Source of the DNA: Mobula hypostoma
Lineage: Eukaryota
Assembly (NCBI RefSeq): GCF_963921235.1
Contig: NC_086108.1
Span: 77,998,001-78,062,000, forward strand
DNA: 64,000 nucleotides
Direction: 5' to 3'
Shown piece after piece: positions 50,114-63,114 of the stretch. The notes under the pieces are model-generated. The model searched no databases and was not told where the DNA came from. It saw nothing but the letters and a program-made list of their open reading frames with translations. The translations under genes and the position numbers were made by a program. Position 1 is the stretch's first letter. Each line of letters begins with the position of its first letter.

Positions 50114-51635
50114 TACTTCTTCCTAGAGATGTTGCCTAGCCTGCTGCGTTCACCAGCAACTTTGATGTGTGTTGCTTGAATTTCCAGCATCTGCAGAATT
50201 CCTGTTGTTTGTTGATGGCTTTTATTTATCTGGTTTGCTAATTATACTGAGGATTCTACACTTCTGATTTGTACTTATTCTCTTTTATATTTTGAAACTC
50301 CTTCATCCCTGTTGGCAGAAATTATTAGTGAAGGGCTGAAATAATGGAAGTGATATGAAAGCAATCCAGGTTAAAGACCACTCCATTTGTCAGGTGTCAG
50401 ACCTCAAAACAACAAACTGGGAATTGTGCACACTCCTCCTTTTCCAATTGGTGCATTTGTAGGGAAGGTCCCCCAGGCAGTGAGCCCATTCATAAAAAAA
50501 TCAAAGATTCGGATCATTCCCTCCTAGTCTCTTAACTTGCTTTGCTCCAGAGAGAACAGTCCCAGACTATCGAGACTTTCCTTATGACTCCAGTCCTCCA
50601 GTCTCAGCATCATTCTTGTGAATCTTCTCTGCACACTCTCTAGTATAATTCTACCTTTTCCTGTAGTGTGGCAAAAGGTGTAATACTCCATGTACGACGT
50701 AACCAACATTATACACTACTGTAATGTGACCCAAACCTTGAACTCAATTCCCTGTGAAGGTGAACATGCCATATACTGCATCTTCTCCATCCTACCTATC
50801 TATATGCCACTTTTGAGGAACTCTGTTCAACAACACTGCTAGGGTTCTGCCATTCACTTTATGACTTGCGCTACTCAAGCTTCCCAAGTGCACAATTTTT
50901 TACTTGTTCGGTTTAAGTTCCATTTCCTATTTTTATTTTGGCAATTTCGTTTTCAAAAAAAGATGTGGCAGAGCAGATGGACTAAGTGTGTTCATGCCAA
51001 GATTATATTGATCATCTTTTTTCTCTTTAATTGATCTTTACTGATTTGGAGCCTGGTCTCAAAATGTGATTCAGGAAACAGAGAACAGGAATAGGCACCC
51101 TATCATGATGTCAAACTAAATTAAACCTACCTGCCTACACCTGACCCATATCCTTCATTTCCTACATGTTCATGTGTCTTTTTAAATGCCACTGTCATGT
51201 CAGCTTCCACCATCATCCCGGCACTGAGTGCATCCCAGCACCCACCAATTTCTGTATAAAAACACTTAACCACACATCACCTTTAAACTGTCTCCCTCAC
51301 ATTTTAAAACAACATCCTCTAGTGTTTGACATTTCTATCCTGAGGAAAATACTCCAACTATCAGCTCTATCTATGCCTCTCTTAATTTTGAGGTTTCCAC
51401 TCAGCCTCCAGTGCTTCAGAGGAATCAGTTCAAGTTTGTCCAGCCTCCCTTATACCTAAAACTCTCTAATTCAGCTGCATGTCACCACTTCTCTTGTCCT
51501 TCATTTACATAACCTATCAAAACTTAAATGTTGAGATGATTTTTGCCTCAGCCTCAAAGTCCTTGAATTGAATTCTACAACTTCACAACTCAGTGTAATG
51601 AAATACTCCTGAATTCTGTTCTAAATATTTTATAT

Positions 51636-51880
51636 TGTTGACAGAGGAGGTCCTTGCATTTTAAATGAATATGTCATTTTACTAAAAGTACAAAGCTTTC
51701 AGTCATAATTGCAAGGTTCAAGTTCCATCACAATTTGTTTAGTTGAGTGTTATTAGACAATTTCAATGAATATCAGAGGCAGATATTCAAAGGCCAAATA
51801 TTAAATGGAATATTTTCAAGAAACTCCCTGCCTTGTTAATCTTTAGGTAGCAACACTGTAGCAGGCACAAGATAGATTTG
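51636..51880 (+). repeat. Copy 1 of a local direct duplication (copy 2 at 56300-56553)
   Basis: Shared blocks ACAAAGCTTTCAGTCATAATTGC, AATTTGTTTAGTTGAGTGTTATTAGACAA, GGCCAAATATTAAATGGAATATTTTC and TAGCAACACTGTAGCAGGCACAAG. Confidence 0.9.
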
Positions 51881-53738
51881 GTTACAAATGGTTACTTCAA
51901 TCAGAGTTGTTAGCTTGATGCTAGAATTTCCCAGTGTAATCATTATTAAGCAGTCATCTGTATTGCAGCTTTGAAATGGGTATTGGCAATATATGTAAGC
52001 AACCAAATATTTAACACATATAACAAACACAATTATTGTCCATCCCTAATTTCCTTTGGTGAGGTGATAGTGAGCCACTTTGAACTGTGCAATCCCTCTG
52101 AGGAGGGTGCTCTCACTATATGATTGAGTAAAGAGTTCTTGGATTTAGATCTAATCACTGAAGGGAATGCAATATATTACCTAGTCAGGATGCTGTATAA
52201 CTTCGAAGAGTACTTGCATGTAGCATTGCTGTATTCTTCTAGGTGCCAAAAGGCCTGAGTAATAAGATGATCGTGGAAAGGTCTTGATTAGTTTCAGCCG
52301 TGCATTTTATATCTGACCGCTGCCCTGGAGGTGCAGGGAATTAAAGTTTCATGTATGGATGTGGGTGAGCTGCTTTGCGCTGGGTTGATAGCAGATCACT
52401 CAATTATTGTTGGATGTTCACTTAACCAAATAGTGGAAAGTCTGTGGGGGGGAAAGAGGAGATGAAACATTCACCGTAAATTCTGCAGCCTCTGAGCTGC
52501 TTTTGTAGCCACAGTATTTATTGGCTCTCTCAGTTACTTTTCTGCTCAATACTGACCCCAACCCCTGGATGATAAACGGGGATTTAATGATGTAATGTAT
52601 TTTGCTGTCAGAGACAGAGGCAGGTAAACTCTCACTTATTGGAGATCGTTTTGGAATCAAAGAGCATAGAAACAGACTATTGACCCACCATGCCCATGCT
52701 GATCATCAAGTGTCCATAGGTCTTTTGGCAGAAAAAATACAGTTTTCTTTCTTTGAAGTTTATGGGGCAATGGGAATATATTCCCCATCTAGAAACGTCT
52801 AGGCTTCTTTCAATTATGTTTGGAGTTTCATTATAAAAAATGGAAATGGGTTTTATTGGTAAATGCTTATTAAAATTTTACAGTATTTTCAGCTGACTTA
52901 CTGTGTGAAGAGACAGTATCTCCAGGCTAGATGGCCCTTATTTGGCAAGATTTCTACCTCTCATTCATCAGCCACTGGCAAGTTTTTTTAAAGATCAAGC
53001 TAACTGCATAAGATAGAGCAATTCATTTCTTTGACATTCTAATGGTCTATTTATTGAAAATCATATTTAAAAAAACTACTTTCAAGCATATTAAGTTTAG
53101 TTAGTTAATTTTGATCTCATTAATTTCAAACTTATTTTAATGAAACCTGTTTGACACTGGCTTTTTTTTTTGCATTCTTTAGTTAATTTTGCCACTTTAG
53201 CATGAGTTTGAATGTAGCCAAGTCTCAAATTGCAAGCACAGTTTTATTCCAGTGTGTTATTGCTGTAAATCCTTGCTGACAGGCCTGGCTTGTTGAGGCA
53301 TTGACATCTGTCTGCATGAAATATGAATGTTTGATATTTAAGAAAACTGAGTTCAAATTCTGTAGTATATGGTGGTATGGATAGTGACCCTGGCCATCTA
53401 ATTATTGTCACATCTACTGCATCCTTCATTGCTGTTCTTCAGAGAATCATTTGGCAGATCCCATGGGATGCATCATTTGGGGAAACCTAGCAACTGGAAG
53501 TTCTGCTAGTTGTTCATCAGGTTGTTATTCCCAAGTATACCTTCTTGGAGTGACACAGTGATCATCTCCAACAAGAGAATTTATTTGCCTCTCTCTCCCA
53601 TTCAAATCCATTACATCAAGTCCTGAATTATCAGCGTCCAGCAGGGGTGAATAGAGTCAATATTGATTGGAAACATAACTAAAATAATGAACAAAATACT
53701 TACAGAAGCCAGAATAATTGCTTTTAGCATATCATCCT

Positions 53739-54510
53739 GCAGAAATTTAACAGGTTCTGCACTTTGGCAGGACAAACCAGGGTATGACTTGCACGATGAG
53801 CAGCAGAACACTGTGGACTGTGGTGAAAAAGGGAGATCTGAGAATACCGATCCATAATTCCTCGAAAGTGGTGTCACAGGTAGATAGGGTTGTAAAGAGA
53901 GCTTTTGGCACAATGGTCTTCGTAAATCAAGTAATGAGTACAGGAGTTGGAATGTTATGTTGAAATTGTATAAGATGTTAGTGAGGCCTAATTTTGAGTA
54001 TTGTGTGCAGTTCTGATCACCTACCTACAAGAAAGATATCAATAAGATTGAAAAAGTGTAGAGAAAAAATTATAAAGAAGTTGCCAAGACTTGAGAGCCT
54101 GAGTTGTAGGGCAAAGGGATACTTTATTTCCTACAGCGTAGGAGAATGAGGGGAGATTTGGTAGAGGTATACAAAATATGACTGGTATAGATAAGGTAAA
54201 TGCGAGAATCCTTTTTGCATCAAGATTGGGTGAGATGAGAACTAGAGGTCATGGGTTAAGGGTGAAAGGTAAAATGTTTAAGGCGAACGTGAGTGGGCAC
54301 CTCTTCATGTCAGAGGAGGGTTAGTGTGTAGAACGATCTGCTAGCGAATGTGGTGTATGCGGGTTCAATTTCAACATTTAAGAAATTTGGATAGGTATAT
54401 GGGCAGGAGGGGGAATAGAGGGCTTTGGTCTGGGAGCAGGTTGATGGAACTAGGCAGAATAATATTTTGGCGTGGTCTCGCTAAACTGGAGGCCTGTTTC
54501 TGTCTTCTGT
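53739..54510 (+). mobile_element. CR1 3' fragment (old)
   Basis: LYKMLVRPNFEYCVQF remnant and CR1 3' UTR. Confidence 0.75.
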
Positions 54511-55239
54511 GAATCCAGGTCTGAAGAAAACATAAATACCTGAAACTCCTGATGTTTTTTCCCTGATTTATGTTAAGTATAACTTAATTTCATGTTGTTA
54601 TGTTAGTTTCATCTTGTAATGTACTGTCCTGCTGCCACATAAAGGTAACTTTCATGACATTTATGCCTTGTGTATGTATGCCTCTAACAACAATGAACCT
54701 AATCCAGAAAATAATAAGCTACAACAGCAATGAGGCAAAAACTGCTCTGCTCTGCTTTAGGTAGTTCTATTTGTCTCTAATCTGGCTTACCATTGCTGGA
54801 TTACTCATCATCATTCACCTTCTGGCTGGATAACGGTGTCATCACTGTGAGCCCACGTCCCAGCACTCTCCACTCAACAGAGGCCCTCTGTTGGTCAGGG
54901 CTGACCATGGACATAGGACTCCAGCTCCGAATTCTTCCTCTGGGTTTACTCCTGAAACCTCCCCATAAGGCTGTAGTCGCAAGGTAGCAGAGGTTTAAGA
55001 TCAGAGCTTTCCTTCTCCTAGGCGAGCTGATGAGCCCCATCTGCCCGAAGAGAATGCTTTTAAGGTGCTAATAACTCGCCTTTGCTCCTTCTGTCAGTAG
55101 AAACAGCTCCACTGGGCTTAGTTACACATCAAGGCCAGGAGTTGGATTTGGTTGTCAGAGGCTATCTGAGACCTTCGCCATTGGGAGCATTTAATAGGTA
55201 GTGGGAGCTTATACCCACTACATTCCCCAGATATATCAT

Positions 55240-56130
55240 CATCAAGGATCAATATAGTATGATTCTTCTCCTGGTGTATGATCTGCTGACTTGTGGGTCT
55301 TGAAATGACTGAAGGGGCTGATCCATGATCCACAAGTCCTATTGCAGTGTCGGCAGATGTAAGACGCTGTTCTCATGGTGGACGTAGCTGGTTGGGCCTT
55401 TCCCAGTCTCTCCTTGTGTTGAAGCCGCTTAGTCTCAGCTACATGGTGGAGGTATTCTTCAAGCCGTGCAGTCCCCTCATTGAGAGTCCTTCTCCAGCTT
55501 TCCCTATCCTGTGAAAATTTCTTCCATCCATTCAGATTGATGTTGCGCTTCCACAGGTGGGTCTTGATATTGTCCTTGAACTGCTTTTTCTGCCCCCCAG
55601 GAGTAGGCTTTGCATCCTTGAGCTGCTGAACATGAGATGTTTAGGGAGGCGGGAGTCAGGTATACGGATGATGTTGCTGACCCATCACAACTGGTGTTGA
55701 GTCACGATTGTGGCTATGGAATTAATGCAAGCTTCCTCCAGGATACTGCAGTTAGTACGCCTGTTCTTCCAGCTGACTCCCAGAATCTTTCGAAGGCACC
55801 TTTGATGGTAAGATTCTTGAGATTTTATGTGCCTGCTGTATGTTGTCCGTGACTCCATTCCATATAGCAAGGAGGGGAGCACTGTAGCTTTATAGACCAG
55901 AAGTTTGGTGTTGGTCTTGATATCATGATCCCTTTCTCAGCCTGGCAAAAGCTCTACAGGCACAGCCTATTTTGCGATTTATTTCAAGATCAATGTTGGT
56001 TCTTGAAGAAAGAAGGCTGCCAAGATATGGAAAATAATCAGTCTTCACCAGAGGGCTGTCAGCTTGGATGGTTGGAGATTTAGGAGCTTGATCTGGAACA
56101 GGTTGGTGCAGGGCTTGGGTTATCAAGTCC
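55240..56130 (-). mobile_element. RTE-clade LINE 3' fragment
   Basis: FPYLGSLLS...EINRKIGCACRAFARL and LPSLLYGMES...HQRCLRKILGVSWKNRRTN, typical of an RTE RT C-terminus. Confidence 0.8.
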
Positions 56131-56299
56131 CAGGAGCTTGTATGCTCTGGCAAAAGTATCCTTCATATAAAAACCCCAGATATTATAACCTTAAGTCCAC
56201 ACAACTACATACAGTGAATATATGTCTCTGTGACAATTAGTCATAAAAATTGGTTGCTAAGGTTCTCAGAGTACAGTTTATTTTCAATTCAAAGGGTGT

Positions 56300-56553
56300 T
56301 GTTGGCAGAGAAGGTCCTTAAAAGTTTAAATGAATGTGTCATTTTAATAAAAATACAAAGCTTTCAGTCATAATTGCGAAGTTCAAGTTCCATTGTAATT
56401 TGTTTAGTTGAGTGTTATTAGACAAGTTCAATAAATAATAGAGGTGATGTACATAGTGAACCAGGCCAAATATTAAATGGAATATTTTCTGTGAAAGTCA
56501 TTGCCTCATTAATCTTTAGATAGCAACACTGTAGCAGGCACAAGGTAGATTTG
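56300..56553 (+). repeat. Copy 2 of the local direct duplication
   Basis: Aligns by eye with 51636-51880. Confidence 0.9.
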
Positions 56554-56709
56554 ATATTATGAATATATCAGAATCTAATTGTGATGTCTACATTTGCTGA
56601 TTAAAAAATCTGGGGGCCTTTCTTTTGAGTGCGGTGATGTACCAACAGATGTTAGTATCCTCAGTCTGTGCTGCTGCCAGAACTGACAGTACTCCATATT
56701 CAAATTCAA

Positions 56710-57850
56710 GACACAATAGCCACAGCTCTACACAGTGTCCTTACACACCCGGAGAGGAGGGATGCCTTTGTGAGAATGCAGTTCTTGGACTACAGTTCAG
56801 CATTCAACACCATAACTCCCTCCAGGCTCAACAAGAAGCTCAGAGACCTCGGCCTTCACCCTGCCTTGTGCAGCTGGATCCTGGACTTCCTGTCAAGTCG
56901 CTGGCAGGTGGTAAGAGTGGGCTCCCTCACCTCTGCCCCTCTGACCCTTAAGATGGGTGCCCCTCAGGGCTGTGTACTAAGCCCCTTCCTTTACTCTCTG
57001 TATACCCATGACTGTGTCACCACCCACAGCTCCAATCTGCTAGTAAATTTGCTGACCATACTACATTTATTGGCCTAATCTCAAATAATAATGAGGCAGC
57101 CTACAAAGAAGTCATCACCCTGACACAGTGGTGTCAGGAAAACAACCTATCCTTCAATGTTGCAAAAACAAAGGAACTGGTTGTGGACCACAGGAGGAAT
57201 GGAGACAGGCTAACCCCTATTGACATCAATGGATCTGGGGCTGAAAGGGTGAACAGCTTTAAGTTCCTTAGCATAAACATCACTGAGGATCTCACATGCT
57301 CTGTACATACTGGCTGTGTAGTGAAAAAAGCACAACAGCGCTTCTTTCATCTCAGACGTTGAAGAAGTTTGGTTTGGGCCTCCAAATCCTAAGAACTTTC
57401 TATAGGGGTACAATTGAGAGCATCCTGACTGGCTGCATCACTGCCTGGTATGGGAACTGTACTTCCCTCAATCACAGGACTCTGCAGAGAGTGGTGCAGA
57501 CAGCCCACTATTCAGGATATTTACAAAGACAGGTATGTAAAAAGGGTCTGAGGGATCACTGGGGATCCGAGTCACCTCAACCACAAACTGTTCCAGCTGT
57601 TACCATCGGGGAAAACTTACCGCAGCATAAAGCCAGGACCAACAGGCTCCAGGACAGTTTCTTCCACCAGGCCATCAGACTGCTTAATTCATGCTGACAC
57701 AACTGTATTTTTATGTTATATTGACTATCCAGTTGTACATAATATTTATTATAAATTGCACATGTAGACGGAGTCGTAATGTAAAGATTTTTACTCCTCC
57801 TGTATATAAAGGATGTAAGTAATAAAGTCAATTCTATTCCATTCAATTCA
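56710..57850 (+). mobile_element. Rex1/Babar-type LINE RT-to-3' fragment
   Basis: FLDYSSAFNTI, GAPQGCVLSPFLYSLYTHDC, ESILTGCITAWYG, SFFHQAIRLLN; (ATTCA)n-like tail. Confidence 0.85.
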
Positions 57851-58147
57851 GTGGGTTCAGTGCTGACTATAAGTGCTTTTGGAATGGCGTCAAGCAAAGA
57901 CACAATGATGTGCTGATACACAGTGTTAAACCCACTAAGTACATATACAGGTGAATGTGATGTCTGCAATTGAAAAAGTAGGGTAAGAGCCAGTGAACAG
58001 AAGAAATGTAATCATGGAAAGAGGCAACTGCAAAACTATTGGCTATGAGGTGGATAGCAAAAGATGGAATGGAGAGTCTATTGGTCATGGACGAGAAAGG
58101 CAGACTAGACTTAAAAAAAAGTTTTTATAGGAGGCAATCAAGCCTAT

Positions 58148-58330
58148 CAACACACACATATGCTGGAGGAACTCAGCAGGCCAGGCAGCATCCATGGAAA
58201 AGTAGCCCGAAACGTCGACTGTATTTTTTTCCATGGGTGCTGCCTGGCCTGCTGAGTTCCTCCAGTACTTTGTATGTGAGTGTGTTGCTTGCATTTCCAG
58301 CAACTGCAGATTTTCTCTTGTTTGTGATTT
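58148..58330. mobile_element. Penelope-derived fold-back insertion with 12-bp TSD
   Basis: Inverted arms around GCCCGAAACGTCGACTG; TSD AATCAAGCCTAT at 58136-47 and 58331-42. Confidence 0.85.
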
Positions 58331-59860
58331 AATCAAGCCTATGCTGGGCAAGGAGAGGGAAGCAAGTACAAATATGAATGTTAGATTGGATGTGAAGGGT
58401 GGTGTGGAGAAAATGTTTTGAATAACTTGTATATCTGATCTGTTGATTTTTTTTTTATTCTGGCGACTTCCAGTCTTGAAGAAGGATCTCAGCCCAAAAC
58501 GTCGACTACTCATTCGTTTTTATAGATGCTGCCTGATCTGAGTTCCTCTAGCATTTTGTGTGTGTTCCTCTGGATTTCCAACAACGGCACACTTCCTCAT
58601 TTTATATTTTTGATCTATATATATAGAAGACTCAGTATAAGTAATAGAATCTTGTTTACAATTATTTATTTTATTTGTAGACCCTTTATAATTGCTTGAT
58701 GCCTGTTTAATTATGCCCTTGTTTTTGACTTTGTTTTGGTTTTGATGTTGCATTTAGCAGATAATAGATAATAGATAAGGGGAAACCAGAAGTGTACTTG
58801 TAGTCTCAAGCCATCAGTAAGGTTATTGAGCAACATTAAAACACATAAGGATTAATAGTACTAGTCAGCATGGATGTGGTTCATGCATTGAAAACTGAGG
58901 ATCAGAATACATGTCATTTTGGGTTTGGGAGGCAGTGGTGAGTAGGGTGCAGCAAGAAACAGTGCCAGGATTAGAGCTAATCATCATCTGTATGAGTAAT
59001 CTCACAGCCATTACAGTGTCCGGATTTCTAGGATAGTAAACTTGTAGAAGAGATGGAAAATCCTGATTTTAAAAAAATGGGATAAAGGTAGTATAGAGAA
59101 AAAATACATATCTTAGCTGTGAAAATCAGAGTTTGATTGAAGCGAAGAAAAAGCCAGGGGCTGAAAACACTAATTGCCCCCCAAACAGTTCTGGTAAAGT
59201 AGGCCAGGGTATAATTTAAGATGTCAGTGTGCACATGACTAGGATGGTACAATAACCAGAGGGGGTCTTCATTCCACGTATAGATGAAGCAAACTAAATT
59301 GGCAATTATAGTGTGAATGAATCATGTATGGAAGAAATGAATTTTTACATCAGTACTTTTGAGTGGCATTAGATGAAATGGTAATAGAAGCCAAGAGCAA
59401 TGAATTAATCCAAACTTTCTTGTAGCATTTAAACAGTTGAGTTGATTTCTCATTTCTTCCTGTCTAACTTTTTTAAAAAATCTATTAAATATCTCATTAA
59501 ATTTAATCATTTGAAGCTTTTCATTACCATTTACAAAGACCAGAATATAAATGTGAGGAGATCCAAGCCTCCGCAGTCAATTCAAAGTTTAACCTGTAGA
59601 CTCATTCAAAGATCTCTCCTCCATCTCACACCCTGTCAAACATATTCAACTTCAGCTTAAAAGTTATCAGCCGGCTTCAAAATAAAGATGTGGCAATCAA
59701 TACAAATTGTGTGAGGGTTTTTCTAATGTTCTACATTGTGATGGACCATTGCTAATGACAACAACAAATTATTTGGGACAGGTCACACACACAATTCAGC
59801 GCCAGGAAGCAATCGGCATCATGGAATGTAGGAACAGTTGACGTCTCTCCGCTCCGCCAC

Positions 59861-61498
59861 TCAGTACTTGGGTCTCTTCACCTCGACACCATCTGCCTCT
59901 TAACTCCTTTCTCTTTTCAATGATCGCACTGATCTTCTTCCACTGCCGATCCAGTTCTGCCTTCTCATTTGTTGCCTTGAAACGTCGTGTTTTACGTCCC
60001 TCTGACACCTTGATGCCGTATTGGAAAGCAGCTTTGGGCAAAGCCTCTTTGTTGTTCATGTATTCACTGTATTCCTCCTGTGTATCAAAATTCCAGTGGC
60101 CAAGGGGTCCCTTCTTGTTACCCTGATCCATCTTACTGTAATCCACCTCTTCATCGCTGTCAACAGCCATATCCTCCAGCGTGGCTGGATAACATTCTGC
60201 ATAGCTGTCTGACGTTCCGAAAAAAACTCCAAGCCACTTCTTCTCTTCCTGTCTCTTTGCCGATTCTGCTCCCTGCCAGTCTCCAGCTCCAGCAAACTTC
60301 TCATTGATCGACTTAATCAGATCCTTTGTCAGCCCAGGACCAGCATCCATCTCCACTGGTTCATCATCCACTCTTGGCTTTTCAAAGTAATTGTGCCTGG
60401 AATTTTTCTCTTCGTCTCTCTCTCTTTCCCTCTCCCGCTCCCGCTCTTGTTCCCTTTCTCGCTCTCTCTCCCACTCCTGCTCCCTTTCTCTCTCCTTCTC
60501 CCGGTACTTTTCACGCTCCTTCTCACGAACAACCTTCGCGGTTGTTGGCACATAGTCACTGGTGTCATCGAAGATGCCTCTTTTCATCACCTCCCAATTT
60601 ACCTTTATCTTTCTTCTTCATTTTCTTGTTACGAGTTCCTTGGCGCAAGTAGGACAAGATCTGAGTCAGTTTATTGATAACAATGTCATTGGTGGTCAAC
60701 GTTGTTTGTGCTTTCTTGGTAGGGCAGTCGGCTTTGCTTCTGATTAGCATTGTGGGTACATCCATGTCTGCATATTCATCATCTAAGTCCACAACATATG
60801 CCATGCGTCTGGTAAAAACAGCTCATTTCGCTCTTGGGGCTTCATTTTAAACAGAATACGGTATATGTTGTGTCCCAAGCGGGTCTTGAATTCAGTTTTA
60901 TTTTCTGGATCTTCATCTTTCTTCACTTCTTTCTGTACTTTCTCAATCATATCTTCTTCTTCTGTCTCTTTGCTGGTGATTTCTGCTCGGACCTTCTGCA
61001 GGAGAGCAATATCCAGCCCCTTCACCAAGTGAGTGTGCTCCATGTCACCACCCAAGAACTTGGACTCCTGGATGAGCTGCCGCCTCTTCTCTGCTGCAAA
61101 CTTGTCCGCCTCAGCAGTTGGTCCAACGGCTCTGTAGTTTGCTGCTGTACTGATGAGCTCAGTTTCCTCATAGTCTTTGTTCACGCCATCTTGTCTCTCC
61201 CGTGCTCGATCACAGTACTTCCCAGCCAGCTCGCGCTCGCATTCCAGCTCCTGCTGCCGCAGTTTCGCGTAGTAACTTTTCTTCTTCCTCCCCCGGGCAG
61301 CAGGATCGTCCTGTTCGTTGTATTCCCTCGGCATCTCACGTTGGCGAGTTTTTGAAGGTGGAGCCGATGATGGCATTGACCTTGGGTTTGGAAGTCCTCA
61401 TTGGTTAGCTTTGATTGATTCAGTGACCGAGGATCTTCCATCTCGTGTGAATCAGGCGCCAGAGGGTTTGAAAACGGCTCATTGTCTCTCTCCGGCAT
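59861..61498 (-). pseudogene. IK: Processed pseudogene of IK (spliceosomal protein Red)
   Basis: Intronless; MPERDNEPFSNPLAPD...SKLTNEDF, KFLGGDMEHTHLVKGLD, RE/RD repeat, YAECYP, KAAFQYGIK, ending VKRPKY-stop. About four frameshifts or deletions near 61385, 60805, 60590 and 59900. Confidence 0.95.
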
Positions 61499-62917
61499 CT
61501 TGACCGCTTTTTGTGCCTGTTCCACTGATGAATTGGACGCGATACCACGACAAAACCAACAGCACTTCACAACTCCTCCAGACCTTCAGCAACTATCCCA
61601 CATTCTTGTCTAACTTTTATCTATGTAACTCTAGCCATTCCCTCACTATCTGTCCTATAAATGCATCTCTGCAATTTGCTTCATCTCTGTGGCGATAGAT
61701 TCTCTCCCCACCTTCCCCACACCTCCCTCCTTTCTGTCTTCAAATTACGACTTGATGTTGCTGCTTTTAGATATGTCATTGTTTATCATAGCTCTCTGAA
61801 TGGTAACTGAGTTACAACATGCAGGTCAGGGTTAGTTCTTCAGTCAAACTAACTGGATGTTATACTTTGTGTTCATTTAAAAATGACAATCCTTAGTTAA
61901 ATGTCAACACAATCTAAGTCAGGTTAGTTGCACTACATATAACCACATCACTACCATTGATGTTACTACTTCAGTTTTCCTTAGTCATTGACTTTGTGGT
62001 ATTTAAGTTATTTTGGGAATTATTAAGCATCTGAGTAACAACCATTACTGCTGAATAGTTATTAGCATTATTATTCATTCAGTGATATAGAGAACTTAAC
62101 TGAATTAAGTAAGGTTTGAAGTAAATGAAAGGGTCACACATGCATGTGGTCCGATGATTGGTTGTTACTGTGGGTCTCTGCTGAGATGACAAAGCAAACA
62201 TTTCTCTTGTGAATGTGCTTAATTTCAACATGAGTGGAAGCAGTTTCAAAAGCCAAGTGTTTATGTTGTCATAATGAATTTTGAAACTTTTATATTTGAC
62301 ATTTCAAAGATAGTTTCTGCCAGAGCATGCCAAGAATTACTGGCATCCATGGATATAAACTGCCTTTCTGGTCAAGTTACCGTCTGACACTACTTGCATA
62401 ATGAATAGTGAAGGTATGAGTGTTAGATGTTTTGTGTAAAAGGCACAGGAAGAGTGTCCGAACTGACTTCCAGCCAGATATTTCACTTCTGAGGTCCCAA
62501 TTTCAGTCACTTTGCTTTAATTCTATGTGATATCAAGAAATAACCCTGAGCAATGAGTACATAGTGAGGGCCAACAACATCTGGATTATAGAAACTTGTG
62601 CTCCGTAACTGGCAAGATCTGGACTATTCTAGCAGAGTACCTGCTAATGGTTTCTGTACAACTATAGGTAAATTTTTCCAGTACATACTCTGCTTAAGAA
62701 GTAAGACAAGTGTCTACATCTCATTCTGTCAGACCATGCTTAATTATAAGCATCTTGGCAGAAGGTATTGATGAGAATGCTTACCCATAATCTGTTCACT
62801 GATGCTCTGATTCAGCCAGGACCACTTGGTTCCATTGCACTCTTGGTCCAAATGTAGGCAGAAGTGCTATATTCCTGAGGTAAGGTAAGAGTGACACCCT
62901 TTTTCATTAAGGTCAAA

Positions 62918-63114
62918 TCACAAACTAGAGAAAATCTGCAGATACTGGAAATTCAAGCAACACGCGCAAAATGCTGTAGGAGCTCAGCAGGCCAGGCAGC
63001 GTCTATGGAAAAGAGTAAACAATCAATGTTTCAGACCGAGACTCTACAACAGGATGTTGACCATTTACCCTTTTCCATAGATGCTGCCTGGTCTGCTGAG
63101 TTTCTGTGCATTGC
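62918..63114. mobile_element. Penelope-derived fold-back insertion with about 15-bp TSD
   Basis: Inverted pLTR arms; TTCATTAAGGTCAAA (62903-17) / TTCAATAAGGTCAAA (63115-29). Confidence 0.8.

Larger units (their letters stand above)
49396..50214 (+). mobile_element. 5'-truncated Penelope-like element with inverted 5' pLTR and 14-bp TSD
   Basis: GIY-YIG C-terminus DLPVATHFNSTSHSHSD...LEEQHLIFRLGSLQPDGMNIDFSNFR*; 49396-49592 is the inverse of about 49946-50145; TSD ATGGCTTTTATTTA at 49382-95 and 50215-28. Confidence 0.9.
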
